A DNA stretch of 64,000 nt from contig CBDCDZ010000004.1 in assembly GCA_965215565.1 (NCBI GenBank), forward strand, positions 1,216,001 through 1,280,000. Reading direction: 5' to 3'. The stretch is from Trueperaceae bacterium. GTDB taxonomy: Bacteria > Deinococcota > Deinococci > Deinococcales > Trueperaceae. The notes under the pieces are model-generated. The model was not told the DNA's origin, ran no database searches, and saw nothing but the letters and a program-made list of their open reading frames with translations. This document shows positions 19,260-28,959 of the stretch, in pieces (position 1 is the first letter of the stretch; each line of letters begins with the position of its first letter). The position numbers were made by a program, and so were the translations under genes.

Positions 19260-20296
19260 CGGCGCGTTTAGAACGCAACCTCCCCTTTTTAGTCTCGGGT
19301 GCGGCGCTCGCCTGGCTGGGTTTTGCGCTGCTCATGTTCATTCTGAGCTTCATCCCCTTTGACCTCAAGGACTTGCCGCAGGAGACCGGCACGCTCGTGC
19401 CGACCTTATGGCTACCTACGTTAGGCGTCAGCGCGACGACCATCATCAAAGTGGACGCGCTCAATACGGGCCTCACCCTCATCCCCTTTCTCGTCCTTTT
19501 CGGGCTCGCTGAATGGGGGCTCGCTTACCTCTACAGAGACCGCGACGAGAAGCTCGTGCGCCCCCTGTTTCGCACGGCGGCGATCTTTCTCACCTTTTGG
19601 TCCTTTTTCGGTCACTTGCCCCTCTGGGACATCTTCCTCAGTTGGCTCTTTCCCAATAGCCCGCGCATCCTCTATCCCCAAGGGAGTGTCATCGGACTCA
19701 CGGCTGACCACCTGGAACTGGTGCTGCTCTCTTCGGTCATCACCGTGACCACCGGGCTCGCCCTGGGTATCCTCGTCACCCGCGAGCAGTTCCGCGAGTT
19801 CTTACCCTTGGTGAGCGACTTCGTGAACGCCGGGCAGACGCTGCCGACGCTCGCTATCGTCGCGATCATGGTGCCGATTATCGGTTTAGGTTTTTGGCCC
19901 GCTATCGTCGCCCTGATCCTCTACGGGCTCTTGCCCGTCGTGCGCAATACAATTGCGGGTTTAGAGGCGGTGAACGCTTTTATGATCGACTCGGCGCGCG
20001 GCATGGGAATGACCGCCGGGCAGATTCTCTGGCAGATCGAGTTGCCTAACGCGAGCAGCATTATCTTAGCGGGCATCCGCACGAGCGTGGTCATCAACAT
20101 CGGCACGGCGGCGCTCGGCGCGTACGCGGGCTCGAGCGGCTTAGGACGCCCTATCGCGGGCGGGCTCTCGCAAAACATCGTCCCTTACGTCATCTACGGG
20201 GCATTGCCCGCCGCGATGCTCGCGATTTTGGTGGATTACGTCTTAGAGCGCGTAGAGTACGTGGTGACGCCTAAAGGGTTGCAGATTGAGAGCTGA
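19256..20296 (+). CDS. Osmoprotectant ABC permease
   Basis: GQTLPTLA, LLPVVRNTIAGL, SARGMGM. Confidence 0.9.
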   Translation: MTARLERNLPFLVSGAALAWLGFALLMFILSFIPFDLKDLPQETGTLVPTLWLPTLGVSATTIIKVDALNTGLTLIPFLVLFGLAEWGLAYLYRDRDEKLVRPLFRTAAIFLTFWSFFGHLPLWDIFLSWLFPNSPRILYPQGSVIGLTADHLELVLLSSVITVTTGLALGILVTREQFREFLPLVSDFVNAGQTLPTLAIVAIMVPIIGLGFWPAIVALILYGLLPVVRNTIAGLEAVNAFMIDSARGMGMTAGQILWQIELPNASSIILAGIRTSVVINIGTAALGAYAGSSGLGRPIAGGLSQNIVPYVIYGALPAAMLAILVDYVLERVEYVVTPKGLQIES

Positions 20297-20453
20297 CGTA
20301 GCGCCGAGCAGATGAAGGGGGTCATTTTGAGCGCAACGCTGACTTAGACGTTGTCCAGAATAGGCCCGCGCAAAATTCTCACATTTGCCCTTGTGCAGAA
20401 GAACGTTCAAGCCGCAAATTTTGACAGTAGCGCTGAGAATGGAACTGAACCCA

Positions 20454-20482
20454 AAAAAGTCGCCACACAACGTGGCGACTTT
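20454..20482. terminator. Intrinsic terminator
   Basis: AAAGTCGCCAC-acaac-GTGGCGACTTT with an A-tract on the left. Confidence 0.7.
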
Positions 20483-20515
20483 CTATTTTCATCTTGGTGT
20501 TGCGCGGTTTTTTAG

Positions 20516-20650
20516 GGGTAGTGGCTCTGTTTGGAATGACAGTGGTAGCAAAGCAAGGGGTGTCAAAGCAAGGGGTTGAAACCCCTTGTTCATCCACATG
20601 GAGACGTCAGAAGGGGTGGGTAGCGGCATTCGACTTAGAACCTCCACCTT
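20516..20650. repeat. REP/REPIN-like dispersed repeat, copy B
   Basis: CAAGGGGTTGAAACCCCTTGTTCAT...GCGGCATTCGACTTAGAACC shared with copy A. Confidence 0.75.
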
Positions 20651-20683
20651 TTTAGGTCCCAGACCTCGTAACATTCCAACAAC

Positions 20684-20809
20684 TTAGCGGTTGACTCTGA
20701 AAATATTGGTTGCAGGTGCGTCCTTGGTCACGTTCTTCCCGGCTGACGCCACGCCGAAGCCGGTGAACGAGAGTGCAACGATCAAGACTTTAACGGTGAA
20801 TGCTTTCAT
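20684..20809 (-). CDS. Small secreted peptide (41 aa); absent from the ORF track
   Basis: AGGAGG RBS; MKAFTVKVLIVALSFTGFGVASA|GKNVTKDAPATNIFRVNR with an ASA signal-peptidase site. Confidence 0.75.
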   Translation of the reverse strand: MKAFTVKVLIVALSFTGFGVASAGKNVTKDAPATNIFRVNR

Positions 20810-21106
20810 AAACGCCTCCTAGAGCGTTCGCCCGAAGGCGAAAAGATGTTCCGGGAGGGTTTCCCGGCCGGTTGCGCTACTCGCTCCCTCTACTCCAAGC
20901 GCCCAGGAGAGTCTTCAGCAGGACGTACCATGTCGCTAATGACACGCTGGTATGACCGGATGTTACTTGCTGAAAACTCCTAAAGAGTAGAGATCATCAC
21001 GTCCGTAGAGGCTCATCTGCCTCGAACTACACTGTAGCAGCCCCGAGCTTTTTAGGGCGGGAAATTTTTACACCTCAGATATTGTGAACGGCATGTGTAA
21101 CGTTGC

Positions 21107-22024
21107 TTACGCGGCGTTGGTATGTCTACCAAGCGCCGAAACGAACGCGGCGACGACCTCTTTGGGATAGTGGTGTCCGGCGTAGCGCTCGAGTTCGCGA
21201 AACGCCTCTTCAGGGCGCAACGCCCGCCGGTAAGGGCGGTCCGTCGTCATCGCGTCGTAGGTGTCTGCCACCGCAACGATCGAGGACTCCACTAAAATGT
21301 CGTCGCCGGCCAGCCCATGAGGGTAGCCGCTCCCGTCTAAGCGTTCGTGATGTTGCTCGACGATGGTGCCCGCGTCACTCAGAAAGGTAGTTTCCAGTAG
21401 CTCGCGCCCAAACGTCGGGTGCTGTTTAACGATCTGCCACTCGCTCGCGTTCAAGGCGGCAGGTTTCTGTAAAATCTCTAAAGGCACCTTGATCTTGCCT
21501 ATGTCGTGGAGGTACGCGCCGTAGTCGAGCAGATGGAGCCGCTCGGACGAGAGACCTAGCTCTTGCCCTGTCGCGTATGCGAGCGTCTGTAAACGCTCAC
21601 AGTGCTCGGCAGTGTAGCCGTCTCTCACTTCGACATCGACGGCTAAACGCATAAGTTGACTCAGTTCTTGGCTGAGTCTATGAAAGATGGGCTGCGTGGT
21701 GATGTACAAAAAGCGCACTTCGCTGGAGGCGGAGAGTGTCGTCGCCTCGCTCAGCCCGGACGTGACGATGTAGTCGCCCGCGCCTAGCTTCGCGGAGCCG
21801 TGACGCAAGGTGCCCTCTAAGATGTAGTACGTTTCTACCGCTCGCCCTGTAGAGACCAGCGTCATGCGCTCACCCTGACCCAACACGCCCTCGAGCACCT
21901 CTGTGCCCTGCCCCGAGACCAGCAGTTGCACCTCGACCGCTTTGGACGCGACCCGCTCTAAACTCTCACCTCGTTGATAAAAGGTTAAACCTGGAGGTGT
22001 GTTTGCTCGGCGCGCGCTGCTCAT
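21107..22024 (-). CDS. Cupin-like + HD-GYP phosphodiesterase
   Basis: N-terminal cupin-like ETYYILEG; HCER, LHDIGK, HHERLDGSGYP, VADTYDAMTTDRPYR. Confidence 0.92.
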   Translation of the reverse strand: MSSARRANTPPGLTFYQRGESLERVASKAVEVQLLVSGQGTEVLEGVLGQGERMTLVSTGRAVETYYILEGTLRHGSAKLGAGDYIVTSGLSEATTLSASSEVRFLYITTQPIFHRLSQELSQLMRLAVDVEVRDGYTAEHCERLQTLAYATGQELGLSSERLHLLDYGAYLHDIGKIKVPLEILQKPAALNASEWQIVKQHPTFGRELLETTFLSDAGTIVEQHHERLDGSGYPHGLAGDDILVESSIVAVADTYDAMTTDRPYRRALRPEEAFRELERYAGHHYPKEVVAAFVSALGRHTNAA

Positions 22025-22231
22025 TTCTCACAGTATGGCACCCTCATGTGAATAGGCGCGTTGAATACTTCGTGTCGCCTGAAATTCTTAACATTTAGCA
22101 GGTCTAGCGGACCAGTGGGAACGAAGTGTTACGCAGTTTTCGCTTTTGCGAAACGCGGGACCACGCGACTTCATCTAGTTTAGAACAGTCCCACTTTAGA
22201 AAACAATGTTTCCTTTTGCTTCGCAAAAACT

Positions 22232-22411
22232 GTCGCCATCTCCGCCGACCTCTATCTAGCGGGCGAGGCAACGATGGGCGACGTGCGCTTCTGGTCTTCG
22301 CTCACCGTGTCGTTGACGTTGGGGCTCTTGGCGGCATATCCCGTGAATGCGCTGCTCATCGGCTTCGGCGTGAAAGAGGGGATGGGTAGCCCTAAGATGC
22401 AGTCAGCTTAG
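22232..22411 (+). pseudogene. C-terminal fragment of a DUF4396-like membrane protein
   Basis: Translates ...FWSSLTVSLTLGLLAAYPVNALLIGFGVKEGMGSP...; no start, 5' end replaced by a repeat fragment. Confidence 0.55.
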
Positions 22412-22418
22412 GGGCGGC

Positions 22419-22718
22419 TTAGGGGCTGACCTTTTCGCCGCGCCGCAACGCCTCGGCGACGCCTAGTGGGTTCGAGAGCGCGTGTCTAGCTCTCGCCCAC
22501 ACCTCTTTAAGCCTGCGTTCGTCCGCGCTTAGCGTGTGCGGGTCAGCTTCCGCGTACACTTCGACCTCTTCCGCTTTCTCGTTGAGTAGATCGTTGAGCA
22601 CGCGGTGCAGCGCGTCGCGGACGACGAGCCCTTCGCGGAGCATATCCTGAAGTTCCAGGACCCTCGAGACGAGTTCTGCGTGCTCCATATTGGAGAGTTC
22701 CTCTTTGGTGCGCTGCAT
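22419..22718 (-). CDS. Hypothetical helical protein
   Basis: AAGGGG RBS, coding-like composition. Confidence 0.7.
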   Translation of the reverse strand: MQRTKEELSNMEHAELVSRVLELQDMLREGLVVRDALHRVLNDLLNEKAEEVEVYAEADPHTLSADERRLKEVWARARHALSNPLGVAEALRRGEKVSP

Positions 22719-22806
22719 TCAAAGCCCCTTTCCACCCTCGCTGCGCCGTTTGGGTCAGCTTACCATCCCTACGGGGTGCGCCGCAGACTGATAATCGAAT
22801 GCCTGT

Positions 22807-23901
22807 TCAGTCACGGGGCGGCGCGACGAGCAGCGCCTCTAAGATCGCCTCCAATTCGTCTTCGGGCATGACGCGCAGCATCCGCTCGTGAGGGCTCGTC
22901 TCATCCTGGACCCACGCGCTCGAGCCGTCAGGCGCGACGTCTAGGCGCTCCTCGGTATCCGCCAGCGCGAAGTACGTCCCGTACTCGGGGTCAGAGAGAC
23001 CTCTCACCGCGTAGAGCGTCACGCAGAGGTCCCAGGAGGTGCGCCCCACTCCCGGTCCATTAAAGAGTTCGTAGCCTCTGCGCACCGGGTTGGTAGGCGG
23101 CGTCTCTTCTGAGAGCGTGTCGCCATTTCGGATGCCGTCGCACACGTTTTCGTTGCCCGGCGAAAAGACCGTGAGGGTGGGCCACCCTCCTACCACCTGC
23201 CGGGCGGCTTGCGCGTCCATATCTCTGCCGCCCGCCAGGTAGAGTTCGCCTCTGTGACCGGGGTAAAAGCCGGCCATCACGACGAGCTTCGCGACCTTCT
23301 GGCGGATCAGGTCCATACCGCTTAGCTCGCTGTATTCGTCGGGGGCGGAGTCCATCAGGTCCGCCAAATTCTGCATGAAGCCCAGCGACACCACGGTGAC
23401 GCTGCCGTCGGGCTGCGCGGCTAGCGTCTCCCGGTAGACATCCACGGCGGGCGTGAGCGCGTCGCGGTCCGTGTCGTTGGGGAACTGGGCCATCACTTCG
23501 ACGAAGTGCGGGACGTCGCGCCAGTAGGGGGTGGCCACGGGATAGTGTTCGGGGTTCGGGTTGCGCCCGGTAGGGATGTCGGGACGGCCGTAATAGGTGT
23601 TGATCGCGTCTATCGCGGCGAGCGCGTAAGGGTCATAGACGTTCGACACCGTCGCTAAAATCGTCGCCTCGTCCCGGTCCGCTAGCGTGTGAAGCACCGC
23701 CAGCGCGCCCGCGTCGTCAACGTCGATGCCCAAATCGGTGTCGACGATAATAGGCACGCTCGTTTGAGGTGTCACGACCGGATCGGGGTCAGGGACAGGA
23801 CTGGGCGTGGGTTCGGGAACAGGGGTGGTATCCACGCTCGAGCAAGCCGCTAGCAGAACCAAGCTCAGAACGAGTAGACTGCGCAAAAGATGGTGAATCA
23901 T
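22807..23901 (-). CDS. Nucleoside hydrolase-family lipoprotein
   Basis: Lipobox LAAC, Pro-rich linker, DTDLGIDVDD, SWD. Confidence 0.85.
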   Translation of the reverse strand: MIHHLLRSLLVLSLVLLAACSSVDTTPVPEPTPSPVPDPDPVVTPQTSVPIIVDTDLGIDVDDAGALAVLHTLADRDEATILATVSNVYDPYALAAIDAINTYYGRPDIPTGRNPNPEHYPVATPYWRDVPHFVEVMAQFPNDTDRDALTPAVDVYRETLAAQPDGSVTVVSLGFMQNLADLMDSAPDEYSELSGMDLIRQKVAKLVVMAGFYPGHRGELYLAGGRDMDAQAARQVVGGWPTLTVFSPGNENVCDGIRNGDTLSEETPPTNPVRRGYELFNGPGVGRTSWDLCVTLYAVRGLSDPEYGTYFALADTEERLDVAPDGSSAWVQDETSPHERMLRVMPEDELEAILEALLVAPPRD

Positions 23902-24098
23902 AGTAGCCCTCCAAAAGATCATGGTAAGCCAGATAGCCCGGGGGGAGGGAGCTACAGGCAACAGAGGTGCCGAGAAAGGCGTTCGGTCACCGCGTGTGAC
24001 GCGCCGCTCGCACCTTCTCTTTCATTTTCTTTTTCGTTGCGCTCGAGCCGGTTCGCCGTCACGCACGAGCCGGTCGGAATCCGTATTAAACTACCCTG

Positions 24099-24644
24099 AT
24101 GGCAGATAAGACCCACCAGAGCGCGCTCGTTGTCATTCCACCTAAAAGTGTGTGGGAGCCCATCCAGAACATCCGGCGCGAGCACGACAAGAGGTCGCGG
24201 CGCTGGATGCCCCACATCACGCTGCTCTACCCCTTCTTCCCTAAGCCCAAATTCACCGAAGCGGCGGGGCGGCTCGCCCCCGTCGGCTGGGGCGTCGCGC
24301 CGTTCGAGGTGACCTTGAAGACGTTCGGCACCTTTCGGCACGGCAAGGGCAGCTTCAGCGTGTGGCTGCGCCCCGAGCCCCAAGACGCGCTCATCGCCTT
24401 GCAGACGGAACTGTGGCGCGCTGTTCCTGCGTTCAGCGAGACGCGCTCCTTTAGCGGCGGTTTCACGCCGCACCTGAGCGTCGGACAAGTGCAGGGACGC
24501 GGCGCGAAGGACGCGCTCCTCGAGCGGCTGCAGTCGACGTGGGAGCCGCTCACGTTCACGGTATCGGCGGTGAGTTTCGTCTCGAGAGGCAAACCCCCAA
24601 ACGACGTCTTTCAAGTGGACAGGCGCATCGTTTTAGAGGGCTAG
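24099..24644 (+). CDS. 2H phosphoesterase / 2'-5' RNA ligase family protein
   Basis: Two HxT/S motifs: PHITL and PHLSV. Confidence 0.88.
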   Translation: MADKTHQSALVVIPPKSVWEPIQNIRREHDKRSRRWMPHITLLYPFFPKPKFTEAAGRLAPVGWGVAPFEVTLKTFGTFRHGKGSFSVWLRPEPQDALIALQTELWRAVPAFSETRSFSGGFTPHLSVGQVQGRGAKDALLERLQSTWEPLTFTVSAVSFVSRGKPPNDVFQVDRRIVLEG

Positions 24645-25454
24645 CCCAGGCGCACGGAGTTCCGAACGCAGCAGGTCCAGGAACGCCTCATGACCCTGAC
24701 CATACATTTTGATGACGTCGTGGTCGCCGCTGAATTCGCGCAACGTGACAGGTCCGCCGAGCTTCACGACGAGTTGGCGCGTATGTTCAGGCGTCACCGT
24801 CGTATCCTGAAAGCCTTGAAAAATGAGCGTAGGCGCGTCCACACGCGGCGCCACCTTGTACGCCGCGCGCCCGAGCTTGCGCAGTTCGTCCACCGAAGAG
24901 GTGGGCAAGACGATGTCTCGGCGCAACCGCGCCTGGAGCGTAGGATCGTCTAGATCGGCGTCCGGCAGCATCCGCCCGAAGCGCTCACGGACGCCTGCGT
25001 CGCTGAAGTCCGCCTTCTCAAAGGGTCTCAGCGTGGGCTTGAGAAGACGAGCGACGGGCAAGAGGTGGGCGCGGGGGTCGGTCATGCGCCAAAACGGGGC
25101 GATGAGTACGAGCATACTGGGCGGGTGCACCGCCGCTAAGTGGAGCGCCAACGCGCCGCCCATCGAGAAGCCGACGAGCAACGTTCTATGCGCCTCCCCT
25201 AAACGCCGCCAATCGCTTAGGGCAGCGTCGCGCCAGTCTCCCCAGCGCTTGTCGCCTAGCGTCGGCAGACCGACGCCGAAACCGGGCAAGAGCGGCGCAC
25301 TCGCCTGCCAACCCTCCTCTCGGAGCGCGGCAGCAACTTCGCGCAGCTCGGCGGGGGTGCCGGGAAAGCCGTGCAGGAGGAGCGCTTTTTTGGGGCTTTC
25401 CCCCAAGGTGAAGGGCCGATGCTCAGGTGAGCCGTAAAAGGTCGAGGCGTCCAT
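24633..25454 (-). CDS. Carboxylesterase/lipase (alpha/beta hydrolase)
   Basis: LHGFPG, GFSMGG, D..V, H. Confidence 0.9.
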   Translation of the reverse strand: MDASTFYGSPEHRPFTLGESPKKALLLHGFPGTPAELREVAAALREEGWQASAPLLPGFGVGLPTLGDKRWGDWRDAALSDWRRLGEAHRTLLVGFSMGGALALHLAAVHPPSMLVLIAPFWRMTDPRAHLLPVARLLKPTLRPFEKADFSDAGVRERFGRMLPDADLDDPTLQARLRRDIVLPTSSVDELRKLGRAAYKVAPRVDAPTLIFQGFQDTTVTPEHTRQLVVKLGGPVTLREFSGDHDVIKMYGQGHEAFLDLLRSELRAPGLAL

Positions 25455-25649
25455 AGCGCCAGCGTGACATAGTTTTAAGGGTGCGAGCTTTAGGGGTGCG
25501 ACAGCGAGCGTACGCTCGGTTCGCTAGTTTCAAAGGGACGCTCGAGCCGCCGCGCGGCGCAGCAAGGATAGTAAGAGGGCCTCTTCTAGTAGAAAGGGAG
25601 CAAGAGGTTGGAGGAAAACGCAACGCTACTCCCTCTTTTTTGTATATAG

Positions 25650-25900
25650 TAGCAGTTCCAAGACATACTGAGACGGATGAGCGCAAGTAGCATCATCGAA
25701 TGTGCGTGCTAGTTAGGCACTTTTCGCAAAGCGAAACGTCGTTTCATCTAGTGAGCGTGTCTCAAACCAGATGATACCTGCTATAGCAATTAACTAACGT
25801 AAGTACTGAGCTTGAATCACGCAAGTATCATCACAATTAAGTGCGCGCTAGAGCGTGCGCTCTCTTCTCAGACTGGCTCAAACCAAATGAAGTTCCGCTA
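25650..25900 (+). repeat. MITE-like repeat copy 3 (25650-25783) plus a degenerate tandem copy (25784-25900)
   Basis: TAGCAGTTCCAAGACATACTGAGAC...CTCAAACCAGATGATACCTGCTA; the second copy ends CTCAAACCAAATGAAGTTCCGCTA. Confidence 0.85.
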
Positions 25901-26206
25901 GGCTCCGCCTGAGACTTGCTATACTTTCGTTTAAGATGAACACACGATGTGAATCTCTACTGTCCATCTGCCGCGGTGAGGCACCTTCGGCGCGGTCTGC
26001 TCAGGAGGACTACCGTTTAATTTATCACCTGGGTAGGGCACTTCAGCGCCTATACTCTCCTGGAAGGGTGGACGCGGTTTCGCCGAGAGGATGAAGATTT
26101 CTTTAGCCAACTCCAGGGTTCATTATAAATCTGCTTGCTACCATAAGCTCATGATGGTTTATGCCCTCGCGACTCGTTTTATACTCTCCTCTTCGAAGGG
26201 TACACT

Positions 26207-26647
26207 GTGACTGACATTCTTCTATGGTTCTGTTTGAGCCAAACGTTGGCGAGCCTGCCGGCGATGACGCCCGGCACCGAAGTGAAGCTCGTTCACCCTG
26301 ACCTCGTGTCTGTTTTTGACACCGCCGTAGTCGAGGACGGCCAGCTCGCCTTTTCGGAGCGGCTCGAGCCCGACACCGAGCTGCGGCTGCTCTTCCTCAC
26401 CCCCGACACCGACGCCAGACAGAGCGTCGACTCAGTCGCTGACGCGCCCTCTGGACGTATCAGCTCGCGCGGCAGCGATATCTTGGTGCAGTTCGCGGGC
26501 TACGAAGCGCCTGTTTCGTTCAGGCGTTGGTTGGACGAAGAGCGCGATATCGAACTTATCTTGCCCGAGCCCGAAGAGGACGGGGCGAATAACACTCAGG
26601 ACCAGCAGCGGCCTGAAGACGAAGCAGGTGATACCGATGAAAGATAA
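26207..26647 (+). CDS. Hypothetical protein in an operon with the two-component system
   Basis: Overlaps the response-regulator start. Confidence 0.65.
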   Translation: MTDILLWFCLSQTLASLPAMTPGTEVKLVHPDLVSVFDTAVVEDGQLAFSERLEPDTELRLLFLTPDTDARQSVDSVADAPSGRISSRGSDILVQFAGYEAPVSFRRWLDEERDIELILPEPEEDGANNTQDQQRPEDEAGDTDER

Positions 26648-27305
26648 ACACATCCTTATCGTTGAAGACGATCTCGACATCAGCCGACTCCTCAGCCTGG
26701 AGCTGGAGGAGGCGGGTTTCTCGGTGAGCGCGTGCGACACGGGGATGCGCGGCTTAGCTGCCGTGCGCGAAGGCGATCCTGACCTCATCGTTCTGGACTT
26801 GGGCTTGCCTGACCTTAACGGCGCAGAGATCGCGCGCCGCGTGCGCAAAACGAGCGAGACGCCCATCATCATCCTGACGGCGGCGGATGACGTCGAGACC
26901 AAAGTGGATTTGCTCAACTCGGGTGCGGATGACTACCTCGCCAAGCCCTTCCACGCCGAAGAACTCATCGCGCGCGTCAAGGTGCAACTGCGCCACCGCA
27001 GCGCGGGCGCGGCCCAGACCATCGGCGACATGGTGCTCGATCCGGCGCGGCGGCAGCTCTTTTGGGACAACCAGGAGGTGCGCCTCTCACCGCGCGAGTT
27101 CGATTTGCTCGTCTACTTGTGCAACGCGCCGGGGCGCGTCTATAGCCGCCACGAAATCGAACACAACGTGTGGGGTGAGGACCTGCCCCCCTCGAGCAAC
27201 GTCGTCGACGTGCACATCGCCAACATCCGCTCCAAGCTGCGCGACGCGGGCGGTTACGGTTTGATTCGCACCGTGCGCGGCATCGGCTACGCGATCAAGA
27301 GCTAA
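26637..27305 (+). CDS. OmpR-family response regulator
   Basis: VEDD, VLDLGLP, GADDYLAKPF, winged helix TVRGIGY. Confidence 0.95.
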   Translation: MKDKHILIVEDDLDISRLLSLELEEAGFSVSACDTGMRGLAAVREGDPDLIVLDLGLPDLNGAEIARRVRKTSETPIIILTAADDVETKVDLLNSGADDYLAKPFHAEELIARVKVQLRHRSAGAAQTIGDMVLDPARRQLFWDNQEVRLSPREFDLLVYLCNAPGRVYSRHEIEHNVWGEDLPPSSNVVDVHIANIRSKLRDAGGYGLIRTVRGIGYAIKS

Positions 27306-27547
27306 CGGGCGCGCGCTAGGGTATTCTGACGTGTGTTCACGCGGCTCGTCATCCGCACTGTCGGTTTAAGTTTGCAGCGCAGCGCAGCGCGCGCTGAGAT
27401 GGGGACGTTCTCGCGTCTGCTAAACGCCGCGACGCCGCGCTTTATGGTTCTACGCACAGTCCTACACATAGTATTTAGACGAGCTGCACCGGAAGTACGG
27501 TGCAGCTCGTCCGAGGTTTACCGCACCTATACCTTTGGACGTGCCCC

Positions 27548-28945
27548 GTGATCGTCCGGGGCGGTATTCCGCTGCGGTGGCGCATTGCCATCTTGAGCAG
27601 TTTAGCCGTCGCGCTCCTCAGCATCATCGCGGCGCTCATCGCCTTCGCGGTGGTTCGCTCATCTCTCACGGGCGATCTGCAGCGCTCTCTACGCGAAGAC
27701 GTGGCGCGAGTCGCTAGGGATTACGGCGGCGACCTCGAGACACCCGACACAGAATCGGAGGGCGAAAGCGCCCAAACCCAGGACGACACAACCCTCCAGC
27801 TTCCCCCGACGGGTCCGACGGGCGGCGTAACCATCCAGCTTTACAACGCGGCGGGCACGTTCATCGCCGCTTCCGACGACGACGTACAAGACTACGAGAA
27901 CGGGAATAACCTCATCCCTCAAGAGACCGTCGTCACCGCGACAGAGGACATTCTCGACTGGCGCGGCACGTTAGGCAGCGGACCCGTCCGCGCTGCGCTC
28001 GCGCCCGTCAGCTTCGGCGTTGTCGCGGTGATTTCGCCCTCCACGTACATCGGCACCGCGCTCAACCAGTTGGCGCGGGCTCTGGCGATTACGGGCACGG
28101 CGCTCATCTTGCTCAGCAGTTTAATCGGCTACCTAGTCGCAGCGGCGGCGATGCGCCCTATCACCCAGCTCGCCAACCTCGCCGCGCAGCTCGACCCCGA
28201 GCACTTAGCGCCCATCGACTACCGGGGACCTAAAGACGAGGTAGGGCAGCTCAACTACGTTCTCAACGACCTCATCTTGCGGCTGAGGGCGTCGGTAGAC
28301 GCGCAGCGGAGCTTTTTAGCCGAGACCAGTCACGAACTCCGCACGCCGCTGACGAGCTTGCAGGGGTTTTTAGACCGCGCTGTGCGGCGCGCGCCGCCCG
28401 AAGTGCGCAGCGACTTAGAGGACGTCCGGCGCATCGCCCGGACCATGTCGCGCCTCGTCGCGGACATTTTACAGCTTTCGCGCGGTCAGCTCGTGCGCGA
28501 ATACGTGCCGCACCTCCTCGATCCTTATACCGATATCTTACAACCCGTCGCTGAAGAGTTCCCCGGCGTCCGCTTGGACGCTCAGCCTGGCGCGTTGCTG
28601 CTCGGCGACCCTGAGCGGTTGCGGCAACTTCTTCGCAACCTCACCGCCAACGCCGTGCGCGCGGCGGGCAGCCCCGAAAAGGTGGTGCTGGCGCTCACTC
28701 AGTCGGACAACTCACTCGTCTTGAGTGTTTACGACAGCGGTCCCGGCATTCCCCCGGACATCCTCCCCCACATCTTCGACAAATTTTATAAGGGCGCGGG
28801 CGGCGGCGCGGGGCTCGGGCTCGCCATCGCAAAACAGATCGCCGAGGTGCACCAAGGTGACATCGAGGTGGAGAGCGTTTACGGCCAGAGCACGACGTTC
28901 CGCGTTACCCTACCCACGTTCGCCGACGCCGTGCTGGACGAATGA
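27548..28945 (+). CDS. HAMP sensor histidine kinase (start uncertain)
   Basis: Two TMs, SHELRTPL, NLTANA, DSGPGI, GLGLAI. Confidence 0.92.
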   Translation: MIVRGGIPLRWRIAILSSLAVALLSIIAALIAFAVVRSSLTGDLQRSLREDVARVARDYGGDLETPDTESEGESAQTQDDTTLQLPPTGPTGGVTIQLYNAAGTFIAASDDDVQDYENGNNLIPQETVVTATEDILDWRGTLGSGPVRAALAPVSFGVVAVISPSTYIGTALNQLARALAITGTALILLSSLIGYLVAAAAMRPITQLANLAAQLDPEHLAPIDYRGPKDEVGQLNYVLNDLILRLRASVDAQRSFLAETSHELRTPLTSLQGFLDRAVRRAPPEVRSDLEDVRRIARTMSRLVADILQLSRGQLVREYVPHLLDPYTDILQPVAEEFPGVRLDAQPGALLLGDPERLRQLLRNLTANAVRAAGSPEKVVLALTQSDNSLVLSVYDSGPGIPPDILPHIFDKFYKGAGGGAGLGLAIAKQIAEVHQGDIEVESVYGQSTTFRVTLPTFADAVLDE

Positions 28946-28959
28946 ACCTACGACACTGC

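Noticed and set aside
25955..26070. Glycine riboswitch on the minus strand (GGAGA, CGCCGAAGG look-alikes)
   Set aside because: The conserved CUCAGG elements are missing and no glycine-related gene lies downstream
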